Assembly: GCA_030647555.1 (NCBI GenBank)
Contig: JAUSJG010000007.1
Span: 36,169 to 100,168 of the forward strand
DNA length: 64,000 bases
Source of the DNA: a bacterium
Lineage (GTDB): Bacteria; Patescibacteriota; Andersenbacteria; UBA10190; CAIZMI01
Reading direction: 5' to 3'
A model generated the notes under the pieces. It worked only from the letters and a program-made list of their open reading frames with translations. It did not search any database and was not told the origin of the DNA. Numbering within the stretch: the first letter of the stretch is position 1; each line of letters begins with the position of its first letter. Positions 19,458 through 29,497 of the stretch are shown piece by piece. A program made the position numbers and the translations under genes.

Positions 19458-20114
19458 TTATACTTTATCGCTGATACGGGTTTCTAAAACAGCGATGCCG
19501 GCCTTATCGGTTACAATTGTGGTTGTACGAAGCAAATCGTTGGCCGTAATCACTTCCGGATTTTTCACAATCACATCTTGCAAATTTCGACTGGCGCGCA
19601 AGTAGGGCGCGCGGGTGACTTTATCGCCCGAAACCAAAAACAAAACGATCCCTTTTACCGGCAACTTACCAAACGCCGCGACCAACTCTTTGGTCTTACC
19701 TGTGATTTTTGGTAAATCATTTAAGACAACCATTTCTTCATCCTTAATTTTTCCAACCAAAACACCGGCCAGGGCCGTGCGATTCATACCTTTCGGGGTG
19801 TGTGACGTGTAGTTTCGTTCCGCGCGAGGACCAAAAGCGACACCACCCTTACGCCAAATTGGCGAACGACTGGAACCGGCACGCGCGCGACCAGTCCCTT
19901 TTTGTTTCCACGGCTTAATACCGCCACCACGACGTTCGGAACGATCTTTGGTGTGAGCGCGACTAACGCGCTTGTTGGTATCGAAATTAACGGCCACTTG
20001 ATGTAACAAAATCGGCGAAACGGTTTTATTGTCCCAAGCGGAAAAACTGTCTTGCGTCGCCACTTTCTTTCCTTCTAAGTTTAAAATATTAATTTCCATA
20101 TTACTCTCCCACAA
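19458..20114 (-). CDS. rplD: 50S ribosomal protein L4
   Basis: 218 aa. L4 family. Confidence 0.9.
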   Translation of the reverse strand: MWESNMEINILNLEGKKVATQDSFSAWDNKTVSPILLHQVAVNFDTNKRVSRAHTKDRSERRGGGIKPWKQKGTGRARAGSSRSPIWRKGGVAFGPRAERNYTSHTPKGMNRTALAGVLVGKIKDEEMVVLNDLPKITGKTKELVAAFGKLPVKGIVLFLVSGDKVTRAPYLRASRNLQDVIVKNPEVITANDLLRTTTIVTDKAGIAVLETRISDKV

Positions 20115-20706
20115 TACTTAAAAGCGAATTCTTCGGACCGGGAACGGCGCCACGCACAACCAAAATGTTCGTATTTGGCACAACATCAACAACTTGAAGA
20201 CCCTTGGTTGTAACCTTCGCGCCACCCATCCGACCAGCCATACGCATACCTTTCAAAACGTGTTGGGGCCAACCGGAACCGATGGAACCCGGGGCACGTT
20301 CGGCGTGCTTTGTACCGTGCGTCGCGTTGTGGCCATGAAAATGATGTCGTTTTACGACACCGGCAAAACCCATACCTCGAGATGTTCCTGTCACATTGAC
20401 GATATCACCGACCTTAAACGTATTGACGTCTACCACATCACCACGTTTTAAGTCAGTCTTTTCAAAATTATAGGCCTTCAATGTTCTAAAATGCGGAAGT
20501 TCTTTCAGGTGACCAAGTTCGGCTTTTGTCATATTCTTTTCTTTTTTCTCGCCAAAACCAAGTTGCACTTGCTTGCCTTTTTCACCCATTTCACGAACCA
20601 AGGTAACTTGGCAAGGACCGGCTTGCATTAACGTAACAGGAACGGACTTTCCGTCCGTTTCAAAAATCGTTGTCATGCCGATCTTTTTGGCTAAAATTGC
20701 TTTCAT
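20101..20706 (-). CDS. rplC: 50S ribosomal protein L3
   Basis: 201 aa. L3 family. This is the first gene of the interrupted S10 operon segment. Confidence 0.9.
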   Translation of the reverse strand: MKAILAKKIGMTTIFETDGKSVPVTLMQAGPCQVTLVREMGEKGKQVQLGFGEKKEKNMTKAELGHLKELPHFRTLKAYNFEKTDLKRGDVVDVNTFKVGDIVNVTGTSRGMGFAGVVKRHHFHGHNATHGTKHAERAPGSIGSGWPQHVLKGMRMAGRMGGAKVTTKGLQVVDVVPNTNILVVRGAVPGPKNSLLSIVGE

Positions 20707-20920
20707 TATTCTCTTAATATAAAAATTTTACCGGGGCCTTCACCGAAGAACCCGTTCTCACGAGCAGACCCGCCAGTTTCCTGTTTCAGGACTTGGCCGG
20801 GATGGGGACTAGTTTTAATGAGCTGTGCAATATGTATACAGGGGAACGGATATCACGTCAAGCCCTGCTGACAACGAAATCCTATTCGCTTATAGAAGCC
20901 ATATTTTAGACTTTTTCCTC

Positions 20921-21062
20921 ATGAATTTTTAATTTGAAATTTGAAATTTTTAATCAATTTGAAATAAACTAATATCTTAATTTGAAAAACGCGTTTTTAT
21001 TTATTTCAAATTTGTGTATTAAAAATTGATTTCAAATTAAAAATTTCAAATTTCAAATTCGC
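20921..21062. repeat. Family D long imperfect palindrome. Arms are TTTGAAAT/ATTTCAAA units around GAAAAACGCGTTTTT.
   Basis: Near-identical arms occur at 41308-41451 and 44813-44948; all three share AATTTTTAATTTGAAATTTGAAATTTTTAATCAATTTGAAATA. Confidence 0.8.
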
Positions 21063-21163
21063 GAACACGCGCCTATTGACTTTTTCCCCGTTTGGGAGTA
21101 CAAATATTTGTTACTGACTTCTGTTTTTGGATTTCACCTCCTGTTTTTTCAAAGGAATTTACA

Positions 21164-21793
21164 ATGGAAAAGGGACAACATTTTGCGCTTTTGGCCGTCG
21201 AGGACAATACTCTCCACCTCCGCGATCTCATGCAAGTGATCGGCGAGTTGCCCGACGACTTTCCACTGGACTTGGAAATCAAGTGCGTGCGTTCATTGCG
21301 GGAAGCTCTGAACAACCTCGAGTCCGCCGACGGTGTCATTACTGACGTCTTCTTTCCCGAAATCCCTGACGGAGACGCCACCCAGCCAAACGGCAAAAAA
21401 GTCGTCGAGGCCTGCATCGCGGCACAGAAACCGGTGGTGTGGATTACGTCTACATATCACCACGGCACGATGACGAACGCTGTGAGTGAGTGGGGTCGCG
21501 ATCGCGGTCTCGAGATGTTCGACTGCCCTAACGCCGGCCGTGGAAGCGAAGAAGCGCCACACAAGCCATGGAAGGAGGCGCTATACGGCCTGATCTACAC
21601 GGCAGTAGAGATCGAGATGAAATTACTACAGTTCAAGGACGGACAGATTCAGCGGAGAGTAAACTATAATAAAGATTTCAGCCTGGCGGCAGGAATCTAT
21701 CGCGAATTGATGCTCCTCTATCTTTCCGCCGAAAATATCAAACCATACCCAGTCATGAAAAAGATGCTCGATATGGGTTTTCCGCGGAAGTAG
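21164..21793 (+). CDS. Putative stand-alone receiver-domain (CheY-like) protein with a C-terminal extension
   Basis: ALLAVEDN, a candidate phospho-acceptor D in GVITDVFFPE, and KPVVWITS. A possible SD, AAGGA, lies upstream. The assignment is tentative. Confidence 0.4.
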   Translation: MEKGQHFALLAVEDNTLHLRDLMQVIGELPDDFPLDLEIKCVRSLREALNNLESADGVITDVFFPEIPDGDATQPNGKKVVEACIAAQKPVVWITSTYHHGTMTNAVSEWGRDRGLEMFDCPNAGRGSEEAPHKPWKEALYGLIYTAVEIEMKLLQFKDGQIQRRVNYNKDFSLAAGIYRELMLLYLSAENIKPYPVMKKMLDMGFPRK

Positions 21794-21860
21794 CGACGCC
21801 CGCTTGCAACTCCGGCAGAATCCCTCCCCACCTCCCTTTGAATAAAGGGAGGAATCGCAC

Positions 21861-21903
21861 ACCCCAGCCAGGTTTTCCAACCTCGCTGGGGATTTTTATT
21901 TTT
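21861..21903 (+). terminator. Rho-independent terminator after the receiver-like gene
   Basis: CCCCAGCCaggttttccaacctcGCTGGGG followed by ATTTTTATTTTT. Confidence 0.6.
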
Positions 21904-22060
21904 CTCTTCAGAGAAAAATACCCCCCAAAGCTTTAGCGACGGGGGGTAAAGCCAGCTATCCCCCTCCGCTCCGCGTGTTCGCGGAGCTACGGGGGATTAT
22001 TATAATATAATTTTCCTTCAGAAAATATATATTATAATAAAAAACGGCTCGTGAGAACCG

Positions 22061-22381
22061 TTACTGCCCTACTACCGCTGGCTGGTGCAAAAAGTCAACC
22101 ATCTGTCGCCAACGAACGTACCGCGCACGGAGACTGGTCGGAACTATGCCCAATGTTTCCTCCATTGCCACTTTTTGTTTCATTTCTTCGATAGGAGGCA
22201 ACGCCTTAACATACACCGGCAATCTACCAATCATTTCCTGCAAAAATTTGACCGTCTTCGCGTTGTCCCCCGCGCGTAGAGCTGTATCGTGGCGCACCAA
22301 CGCTTCAGTCGACAACCATCTGTGCAACTCCCGAAACAACTCATCTACCGTGAAAGTGATTTCCGTGGCCATACAACCCAT
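22061..22381 (-). CDS. Hypothetical protein
   Basis: 106-aa ORF with no recognisable motif. Confidence 0.35.
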   Translation of the reverse strand: MGCMATEITFTVDELFRELHRWLSTEALVRHDTALRAGDNAKTVKFLQEMIGRLPVYVKALPPIEEMKQKVAMEETLGIVPTSLRARYVRWRQMVDFLHQPAVVGQ

Positions 22382-22619
22382 CCTTTTCTGTTGTTGGTTG
22401 ACTACCGATCTGAATGAACATTTTCTACTTAAATTAATCTATGACCAATTGTTTTTTTCGGCAAGCATGTATTTACAAAAGACCGCCCTTCGGGGCGGTC
22501 TTAATATTTTATTTGGATCCCGCTCTTCAGAGCGAGGCTCGCCCAGATGGGCGGCCCCGATGTCCACCCTCCGCTAAAGCTACTGGGTGGCAGGCGCTCG
22601 GGGATGACCCCTGAAGGGG

Positions 22620-22814
22620 TCACTTCATCGAGACGTCGACACCCGCCGGGATTTGCAAGCTTTGCAACGCGTCTACCGTCTTGGGTGTAAAGTTTTGAAT
22701 GTCGATGAGGCGCTTATGCACCCGAATTTCATACTGATCACGCGCGTCTTTGTGCACAAACGTTGAGCTGTTCACCGTGTAACGCTTCCGTTCTGTTGTT
22801 TCATCGGCGTGCAA
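22620..22814 (-). pseudogene. Duplicated 3' fragment of rpsJ (the last ~60 codons of S10) plus a copy of its terminator hairpin (22478-22504)
   Basis: Nucleotides 22478-22799 are ~95 % identical to 29472-29698. The two copies differ by an extra ~95 nt at 22505-22620. The encoded peptide [57 protein letters not shown] is identical to the S10 C-terminus. Confidence 0.85.
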
Positions 22815-22893
22815 AACAAGATGAAAGTGTTAAAAAGTCTTTCTCAACAATAAATGATAAGAAACACCCACAAAAAAAATCTGACTAGTGAAG

Positions 22894-24606
22894 TCAGATG
22901 CTATTAAAAAGTTTTCCATTAAATTTGCTCATCCATTTCTGAAACGGATGCAGAACCGCTTGTTTCACGTCCCCGATCCGCTGTCCTAACTCACCACACG
23001 TCTGCAAATACGTATTGTTTGCATCCTGTCCGTGGTCAATCAGGAAGAGCGCGCAATGCTCGAGTTGTCCGAGACGCCGACAGTAATCGTAGTGAAAGTT
23101 TTCCCTAAGACGACCATCGAGCCTTTGACAGAAGAGCACTGCAGAGTGGCCGTCAAGGACATGCCGATCACAAAACTGCAGAAACAACACATAGCGCACT
23201 ACTTCGCCTTGAAGGGTGTCAGGTGCTATCATGGCAAATTTTGCTACGATACCGCTCTCTGCCATCAACTGTCCTAGCACTTTGCCCACAAACACCTCGT
23301 TCATCTTTTCTCCGCAAACATCAACAACCTTGTCCTTTCGACCAACAAAGCAGATAAGAGGACAACTTCGTTTGAAACCGACAACTTCCACAACATCATT
23401 TAGTCGGTAGCGATAGAATCCACCCCCTGTTGTAACTATTACTGAATACCTTTTCCCCACGTTTAACTGATGTGCCAAACACACACTTTCGCTATCATCC
23501 TCCTCGAACTCAAAAAAATGCGAGTTAACAGACAGCGCCGAACCACTATTTCTTAGAGGAAAAGATACGAAAGCCTCCGTCGCCATCAAACCCTTGGGCT
23601 GAACAACACAGTTTGAAAAATCACGCTGAAGCCGACTTGCTGCCACCTGCGCATTTCCATCCGCCCAACAACTAATAAGTCGAAGATTGGGCCAGATTGC
23701 CTCGTAAATATTCGCTTGTTTCCCCGGAGACAATATCTGCCCCAATTCCTCGGCTCGCGCTGGAAGCCTTTGGAGACGTTTTCGAATGCGACCAGCTACC
23801 TCTTTTTCAACATTGAGTTCAACTGACAGCGCACCCTTACGAATGTCCCAAATCAACCTATCAGCCCAACTGTATAATGGCGAAAGAAGCAGACTTAGAA
23901 ATGAGGGGTTCCAAACGGAAATCCATGTTAATCCTCTCTCCTGTAGCAAAAACCTCAGCGTGGCGTACCTAAACGAATCCATGTCTGAGACCAACGCTAA
24001 TTCTGACGGTGCAGCCATCACGTGTTCAAAAACCGATTGCCCCACCACTCCAAGATAGTTTTTTTCATCATCAAAACCAATTGGAATTCCACCCTGCGTA
24101 TGGCGAACCTTGACCCCAACCGGCGTCACCGACCAGTAAGCTTTGCCGCCAATGATACTGGGGTATTCTGTCATAAGCGAAAAAATCCACGGCGCTATTC
24201 CCTCCTGAAACTGCGCGATCAATGACTTGGTGTATGGCACGAGTTTGGATGCCATTGTTGATCCGCTTGTCACACCAAATCTCTGAACCCTCTCGCTGGT
24301 CAAAACACCATTCTCCCCCCCTTCTATGCGTTTCACATACGGAACTAAATCTTCATAAGAACGAATTGGCACTAGTTGTTGGAAATTGGAAATTGAATGA
24401 ATTTCACGGAATTGATGTTCTTGTCCAAACGCTGTTTCCCTGTTCCCGACAACAATAGCCTTGAGACACTTTGTTTGAGCGATTTCCACTTCGTTAATTG
24501 AGTTATACCACCTTCTCGCCCCAAAACTGACACTAGCCAACCAAACACTGTTACAAATGGTGGTTGTGAAGTTCATCTTCTCTCCTTTGCTTCCGACATG
24601 AACCAA
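22894..24606 (-). CDS. GH3-family acyl-adenylate-forming amido synthetase
   Basis: GVTSGSTMASKLVPYT matches the GH3 SSGT-type P-loop. YRYRLNDVVEVVGF matches the GH3 YRxGD motif. About 560 aa. The start may instead be MNFTT at 24576. Confidence 0.7.
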   Translation of the reverse strand: MVHVGSKGEKMNFTTTICNSVWLASVSFGARRWYNSINEVEIAQTKCLKAIVVGNRETAFGQEHQFREIHSISNFQQLVPIRSYEDLVPYVKRIEGGENGVLTSERVQRFGVTSGSTMASKLVPYTKSLIAQFQEGIAPWIFSLMTEYPSIIGGKAYWSVTPVGVKVRHTQGGIPIGFDDEKNYLGVVGQSVFEHVMAAPSELALVSDMDSFRYATLRFLLQERGLTWISVWNPSFLSLLLSPLYSWADRLIWDIRKGALSVELNVEKEVAGRIRKRLQRLPARAEELGQILSPGKQANIYEAIWPNLRLISCWADGNAQVAASRLQRDFSNCVVQPKGLMATEAFVSFPLRNSGSALSVNSHFFEFEEDDSESVCLAHQLNVGKRYSVIVTTGGGFYRYRLNDVVEVVGFKRSCPLICFVGRKDKVVDVCGEKMNEVFVGKVLGQLMAESGIVAKFAMIAPDTLQGEVVRYVLFLQFCDRHVLDGHSAVLFCQRLDGRLRENFHYDYCRRLGQLEHCALFLIDHGQDANNTYLQTCGELGQRIGDVKQAVLHPFQKWMSKFNGKLFNSI

Positions 24607-25312
24607 GTAAGCGAATCGCCGTAGCCGTAAAATTTGCTCGGGCTATCGGTGCCACACAAACAAGTTCCGTGCCCGTTAGATATGTAGGGTTTTTCTCAAA
24701 AAAGAAACGTGTGTAAGTATCGAGTTTTTGAGGCGGTTCTGCATCAATACTCCCCGGCACCAGACGTTGGGTTTCTCTTGAAAATAATACTCGACCGCTA
24801 CCAGGATCATATTCTTCAGGATATTTCAACAAACCGAAAGCATCTCTCACGACAAGATCTTGAGCCTGATCTTCCCCATCAGGCCTTGGTAAGAAATGCC
24901 GAAAAAAGAACGGCAAGACCCGGTAAGTGCGCCACCCCTTAGACATTAAAATATAGTAGACCTCGCGTGCAGGATGAGACTCCAATACATGCACGAAATA
25001 GCGCATAATTTCGACACCGAAACCGGCACTACAGCGGCAAGCGTCGACTACAACTGTGTCCCCAGAGAATACCCCCATCACACTTCTCCCAAAGACCTGA
25101 AGGTCTAAAACCATGAGCGTCGAAAATCCGACGATTTCTCCATTTGGCAAATCGCGCCGAAGTAGCATGACCACTTCTTTTTCACGCAGATCGTGTGCAA
25201 ACACTTCTTTGTCTACACCCAAAAATACGCGTGTTAGAAGCCAAAACATCCGTTCTGTTTCTTGAACCGTCAGATCCTCAACTGTTTTCGTAAATCCTAA
25301 TATTTTGGACAT
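24551..25312 (-). CDS. Hypothetical protein, possibly a GNAT-fold N-acyltransferase
   Basis: 253 aa. Size and secondary-structure pattern are compatible with N-acyl amino acid synthase-like GNAT proteins. There is no decisive motif. Confidence 0.35.
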   Translation of the reverse strand: MSKILGFTKTVEDLTVQETERMFWLLTRVFLGVDKEVFAHDLREKEVVMLLRRDLPNGEIVGFSTLMVLDLQVFGRSVMGVFSGDTVVVDACRCSAGFGVEIMRYFVHVLESHPAREVYYILMSKGWRTYRVLPFFFRHFLPRPDGEDQAQDLVVRDAFGLLKYPEEYDPGSGRVLFSRETQRLVPGSIDAEPPQKLDTYTRFFFEKNPTYLTGTELVCVAPIARANFTATAIRLLGSCRKQRREDELHNHHL

Positions 25313-25458
25313 GATTATCCCCTCCAGGAAAAGTTGTCAAAAAAACACTACGTACGTTAGTACTAGCACAAATGCTTGCATTAGCAAATATTAGTTGCTA
25401 CCTTGAGCCAGCAGAAGTTTTTTCCCAATGAAATAAGCTAAACAAGGAGTACTTTGAC

Positions 25459-26784
25459 ATGACAAGAATACTGTTCATTATGCCCGACGCGCACATGCAC
25501 AAGTTGAAATTGTTTGGATTCACAAAGTCTTTGCGTGAAGCACCACTAACCCTCACCACTCTCGCCTCGATGGTTCCTAGTGGCCACCACATAACGATTG
25601 TCGACGGCAGTATTGACCCAATCCCCATGGACTACAAAGCGGACATAGTAGCGATAAGTTGTATAACGGGCACATGTCGACAAGGCTACGTATTGGCAGA
25701 TCATTTCAGACACAAGGGTTCATACGTGGTTATTGGCGGAGTGCATGCTTCAATCCTGCCTGACGAGGCACAGGAACATGCAGATACTGTAATAGTGGGA
25801 CCAGCGGAATTCTCCTGGCCGACATTTCTTACCGACTATTCTTCTGAAAAACAAAAGAAGCGTTATGGAAGTATCGACTGCTACCACGACGACGTTCTCA
25901 GGGATGTGCCTTTACCAAGAAGAGATCTCCAAAGAAATAGCGGTTACACACTGCCGGCAACAGTCCAAGCAACAAGGGGTTGTAAACATCGATGCGATTT
26001 CTGTTGCGTCAATGCAGTGTGGCCGAGATTTGTTAAACGACCCATAGCAGACGTGATCAGAGACATTTCGTCATTGCCTGGCAAGAGGATGGTTTTCAAC
26101 GATGTGAGTCTTGTCGACGATGTCGAATACGCAAAAGAACTCTTTAGGGCAATGATCCCTCTCAGAAAACATTGGGGTGGATTAGCGACTGTGCTTGTGG
26201 TCAAAGACGATGAACTCGTTGATTTAATGATGCGGAGCGGTTGTAAGTATCTTCTGCTTGGGTTTGAATCGGGAAATCAAGGTGTGCTAAAAGACATTGC
26301 CAAAGGGTTCAACCACGCAATCAACTACCACGAAGTTGTCGATAAACTACACGCGCATGACATAACAATCCAGGGCTGCTTCGTTTTTGGTTTCGATCAC
26401 GACACAGAAGATGTCTTTGAAAGTACGGTGGCAACAGTAGACGATCTTGGAATCGACATCCCTCGCTATTCCATTTACACACCATACCCGGGAACACCAC
26501 TTTTTGAACGATTGCAATCCGAGGGAAGAATCATCAGTCTTAACTGGAATAATTACGACACAATGCATGTAGTATTCCAGCCAAAGCTAATGACACCAGA
26601 ACGCTTGTATGACGGCTTCAAGTGGTCCTACAAACAAACGTTTAAAATACCGCGCATCGCAAGACGAACAATGTGGAACGGAAGGCACCCATCGGTAATC
26701 AATTTCGTCGGCAATCTCGCATACAGAATCTTCGTAAGAAGATTATATCGAGAAGAAAGATTCGCCCGTCCATTTATGCCCTAG
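25459..26784 (+). CDS. B12-binding-domain radical SAM protein
   Basis: An N-terminal cobalamin-binding-like domain, then CKHRCDFCC (CxxxCxxC). Confidence 0.8.
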   Translation: MTRILFIMPDAHMHKLKLFGFTKSLREAPLTLTTLASMVPSGHHITIVDGSIDPIPMDYKADIVAISCITGTCRQGYVLADHFRHKGSYVVIGGVHASILPDEAQEHADTVIVGPAEFSWPTFLTDYSSEKQKKRYGSIDCYHDDVLRDVPLPRRDLQRNSGYTLPATVQATRGCKHRCDFCCVNAVWPRFVKRPIADVIRDISSLPGKRMVFNDVSLVDDVEYAKELFRAMIPLRKHWGGLATVLVVKDDELVDLMMRSGCKYLLLGFESGNQGVLKDIAKGFNHAINYHEVVDKLHAHDITIQGCFVFGFDHDTEDVFESTVATVDDLGIDIPRYSIYTPYPGTPLFERLQSEGRIISLNWNNYDTMHVVFQPKLMTPERLYDGFKWSYKQTFKIPRIARRTMWNGRHPSVINFVGNLAYRIFVRRLYREERFARPFMP

Positions 26785-26850
26785 TCAAACGTCACTCCGA
26801 AGTGTGACGTTTTTTTAAAAACCTTGCTATGTGCAATAGCAAGGTAATTT

Positions 26851-27957
26851 CTACAAAGTCGCCAATTCGAGATGCGACGTCTTGAGACATGGAAGATCTA
26901 CTCCGCTATCTGCCCAATACACCAAGTATATATTACTCCGAAGCTGCCTACAGGCATACTTGGAAGCAATCCCTGACAATCCATTTCCTACACAAAGAGC
27001 AACGCAGAGGTAGTCATGCCCTCTGCCCGACCAGATTTGACATGCGCGACTCAAAAGAGATTCGAACACTCCGCGATCATCATCTTCTGAACTCATAAAA
27101 CAAGCACTCAATGTTTTAACTTCACCTCCGATCTTAGGAATAATTGGTTTGCCAAGTAGACGAGAATTGCAGTTTAAGAATGGTCGCAACAAACTCAACC
27201 TACAGGACAGACCAGTAACCACGGTTTGCTTAAATGATTGCTGATTCCACACACCAAATGTCCCCAAAATACGACCCCTTGATTCGCAAACAAGCAAGTC
27301 ATCACTACTGAAACCAAGAGAAAAGTCGTTTTTTACAAAAATTTCTTCAAACCGATAAGTGGGCGCAAATTGATAACGCTGATTCCACCGCTCAAGACAT
27401 TTATGGGCTAAGGGCAATTGATGATAAGGACATTTCTGTACATCAACATCAACTTTTCCACACATATTTCTTTTTTTGATTGGTATTAAATACGTTACAA
27501 GTGTGCCGATTTGGTGGTAAACAGGATGACCCGCCCGTGGCCTTTGCAAAACACTCTGAAATCGACCGTTCTCCTCCAAAATTGTTGTTAAGTAATATGG
27601 GACCTCTCCGTCTTCATGCAGTGTTCGCAAGTGGCGATGAGCTTTCGCTAGTGTCATACCCCCGCGAAATTCTGGTAAAAGACGGAGCATATTCAAGTAA
27701 CCAATCGCCTTCTTTTCACCATCAACGTATAAGTTTCGCACACTTCGACAGGCAAAACCCACAACATCACCCGCAACTCCCGCTCGACAAACAATCGTCT
27801 GATTCTTTTCATTTCCAATTTTTCCAACTGCAAAAAAACTTGGCTCTCGCAAGAACGCAAGAGATATATCGCCGGGCATTGGTGTCCGACGCAGGATGTT
27901 CCTCATTGCCTCATCATCTGCCGTGTTGGCGAAATCAATCACAGATCTGGTGTTCAC
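26851..27957 (-). CDS. Hypothetical protein, possibly a tandem acyltransferase fold
   Basis: 368-aa ORF with no clear motif. It sits inside the rSAM/GH3 cluster. Confidence 0.35.
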   Translation of the reverse strand: MNTRSVIDFANTADDEAMRNILRRTPMPGDISLAFLREPSFFAVGKIGNEKNQTIVCRAGVAGDVVGFACRSVRNLYVDGEKKAIGYLNMLRLLPEFRGGMTLAKAHRHLRTLHEDGEVPYYLTTILEENGRFQSVLQRPRAGHPVYHQIGTLVTYLIPIKKRNMCGKVDVDVQKCPYHQLPLAHKCLERWNQRYQFAPTYRFEEIFVKNDFSLGFSSDDLLVCESRGRILGTFGVWNQQSFKQTVVTGLSCRLSLLRPFLNCNSRLLGKPIIPKIGGEVKTLSACFMSSEDDDRGVFESLLSRACQIWSGRGHDYLCVALCVGNGLSGIASKYACRQLRSNIYLVYWADSGVDLPCLKTSHLELATL

Positions 27958-27970
27958 TTTTTTGTCCTCT

Positions 27971-29317
27971 CTAGTAGATTGGTTCGGGAAGTGTTGGTTT
28001 TTCCCCTAACGGCAGGCCATCACGTTGAGTTATCTCCCTGCGCAAAAGCCAATTGACATATGCAAACACTCCGGCCTTTTTGACTGAACTGCAGTTTCCT
28101 CGAATATTACTTGCCCTCCTGACAATACTTCGGAAACTATAGAATTTGCGACGAGCTTCAATACACGCTTTGTGCAACTCCTCGGCGGATATTCCATTTG
28201 GTCTGAAAACAATATCGCCAAACCGAAACGATGGTGACAACCACCACTCATCATCCGTCAACTGACCACCACTCTGGAATTGCTCGTAAAGTGGCGTGCC
28301 AGGAAACGGAACAAGATGGTTAAATGCCCCAATAAAGAGTCCAAAATCGATAGCCGCCTCCGTTGTTCTTTGGATATCCTCCTTGGTCTCATTGCCATAA
28401 CCGAAAACAAATGTCCCATAAAGCGCTATTCCATAACCATGAATGATGTCGATGAGTCTTTTGTAATCTCCCAATTTGATGTTTACCTTCTTGCCCATGC
28501 TAGCTAGTGTGTCACGCCGGAGAGACTCAAAGCCTATGAGTATTCCAACGCAACCACTCCTAGCCATCAATTCAAGCAGTTCGCAATCATTGGCCATCGT
28601 TAACGTGCCCTGACCCACCCACTTGATCTTATGTGGGATTAGCTCCCGACAAAGGTCTTTTGCGTGCGCCGGATTACCCACAAAGTTATCTTCGACGAAA
28701 AAAACTTCTCTGTTTTGAAGCAACGCAATCTCTTCAACAACACTGTCAATAGAACGCGCCGTATACGTTGAAGAAGTGACTGCGGCAATCGAACAGAAAT
28801 TGCATCCAAATGGGCATCCGCGCCCGGTTTCAACGCATGATAATGGAAAATACGATCTTGTTCCGAAAATTTCCCTCCTTGGGAGAACAAAATTGTATGA
28901 CACGGATCGATCTTGCGAATATCGTCGCTTCAGGCACCCTGCTTGCGCATCACGCATCACTTGTCCCCAAATTAGTTCTGCGTAACCAATAACAATACTA
29001 TCGGCATACCTTTGCGCTTCTTCGGGTCTCAGTGTTACATGATATCCACCAAGAACAGTTTTCACGCCTCTTTGGTGATATTCCCTAACAATCTCGTATG
29101 CTCTTTTTGCCGTGTAAGCCTCAACCGTAATCGCAACAAGATCTGTTGACAAATCAAAGTTGATATTCTCAAAACGGTCATCAAAAAAAGATACTTCCAC
29201 ATCAACTGGTGTGAGGCCAGCCAGTGTAGCAATCGGAAGCGGTTCCATTTGCCAAGTACGCACATACTTTCCACCAGGCCTCTTCCCAACACTTGGCATA
29301 ATAAACGTAACCTTCAT
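27971..29317 (-). CDS. B12-binding-domain radical SAM protein
   Basis: An N-terminal B12-binding-like domain, then GRGCPFGCNFCSI (CxxxCxxC). It is a paralog of the 25459 gene. Confidence 0.8.
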   Translation of the reverse strand: MKVTFIMPSVGKRPGGKYVRTWQMEPLPIATLAGLTPVDVEVSFFDDRFENINFDLSTDLVAITVEAYTAKRAYEIVREYHQRGVKTVLGGYHVTLRPEEAQRYADSIVIGYAELIWGQVMRDAQAGCLKRRYSQDRSVSYNFVLPRREIFGTRSYFPLSCVETGRGCPFGCNFCSIAAVTSSTYTARSIDSVVEEIALLQNREVFFVEDNFVGNPAHAKDLCRELIPHKIKWVGQGTLTMANDCELLELMARSGCVGILIGFESLRRDTLASMGKKVNIKLGDYKRLIDIIHGYGIALYGTFVFGYGNETKEDIQRTTEAAIDFGLFIGAFNHLVPFPGTPLYEQFQSGGQLTDDEWWLSPSFRFGDIVFRPNGISAEELHKACIEARRKFYSFRSIVRRASNIRGNCSSVKKAGVFAYVNWLLRREITQRDGLPLGEKPTLPEPIY

Positions 29318-29459
29318 CTTTGAATCCTTATGTTCGAATTGTGAATGAACTCAATACTAGATCCGTGCGACAACACTATCACAACCAAATATTTTAACAA
29401 ATACAATTCCTGACCAACGAATCCCTCGATCGCTACGCGCGTGGTATTAGGGAAAGGAG

Positions 29460-29497
29460 CAAATCAAACATAAGACCGCCCTTGCGGGCGGTCTTAT
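29460..29497 (-). terminator. Hairpin terminator downstream of rpsJ
   Basis: AAGACCGCCCttgcGGGCGGTCTT. T-rich flanks on both strands suggest it may act in both directions. It is duplicated at 22478-22504. Confidence 0.55.

Noticed and set aside
21092-21163. Upstream extension of the receiver-like ORF (start at 21092)
   Set aside because: The extended N-terminus (MGVQIFVTDFCFWISPPVF...) is hydrophobic junk that overlaps the end of the family D palindrome. The ATG at 21164 with an AAGGA SD fits better.
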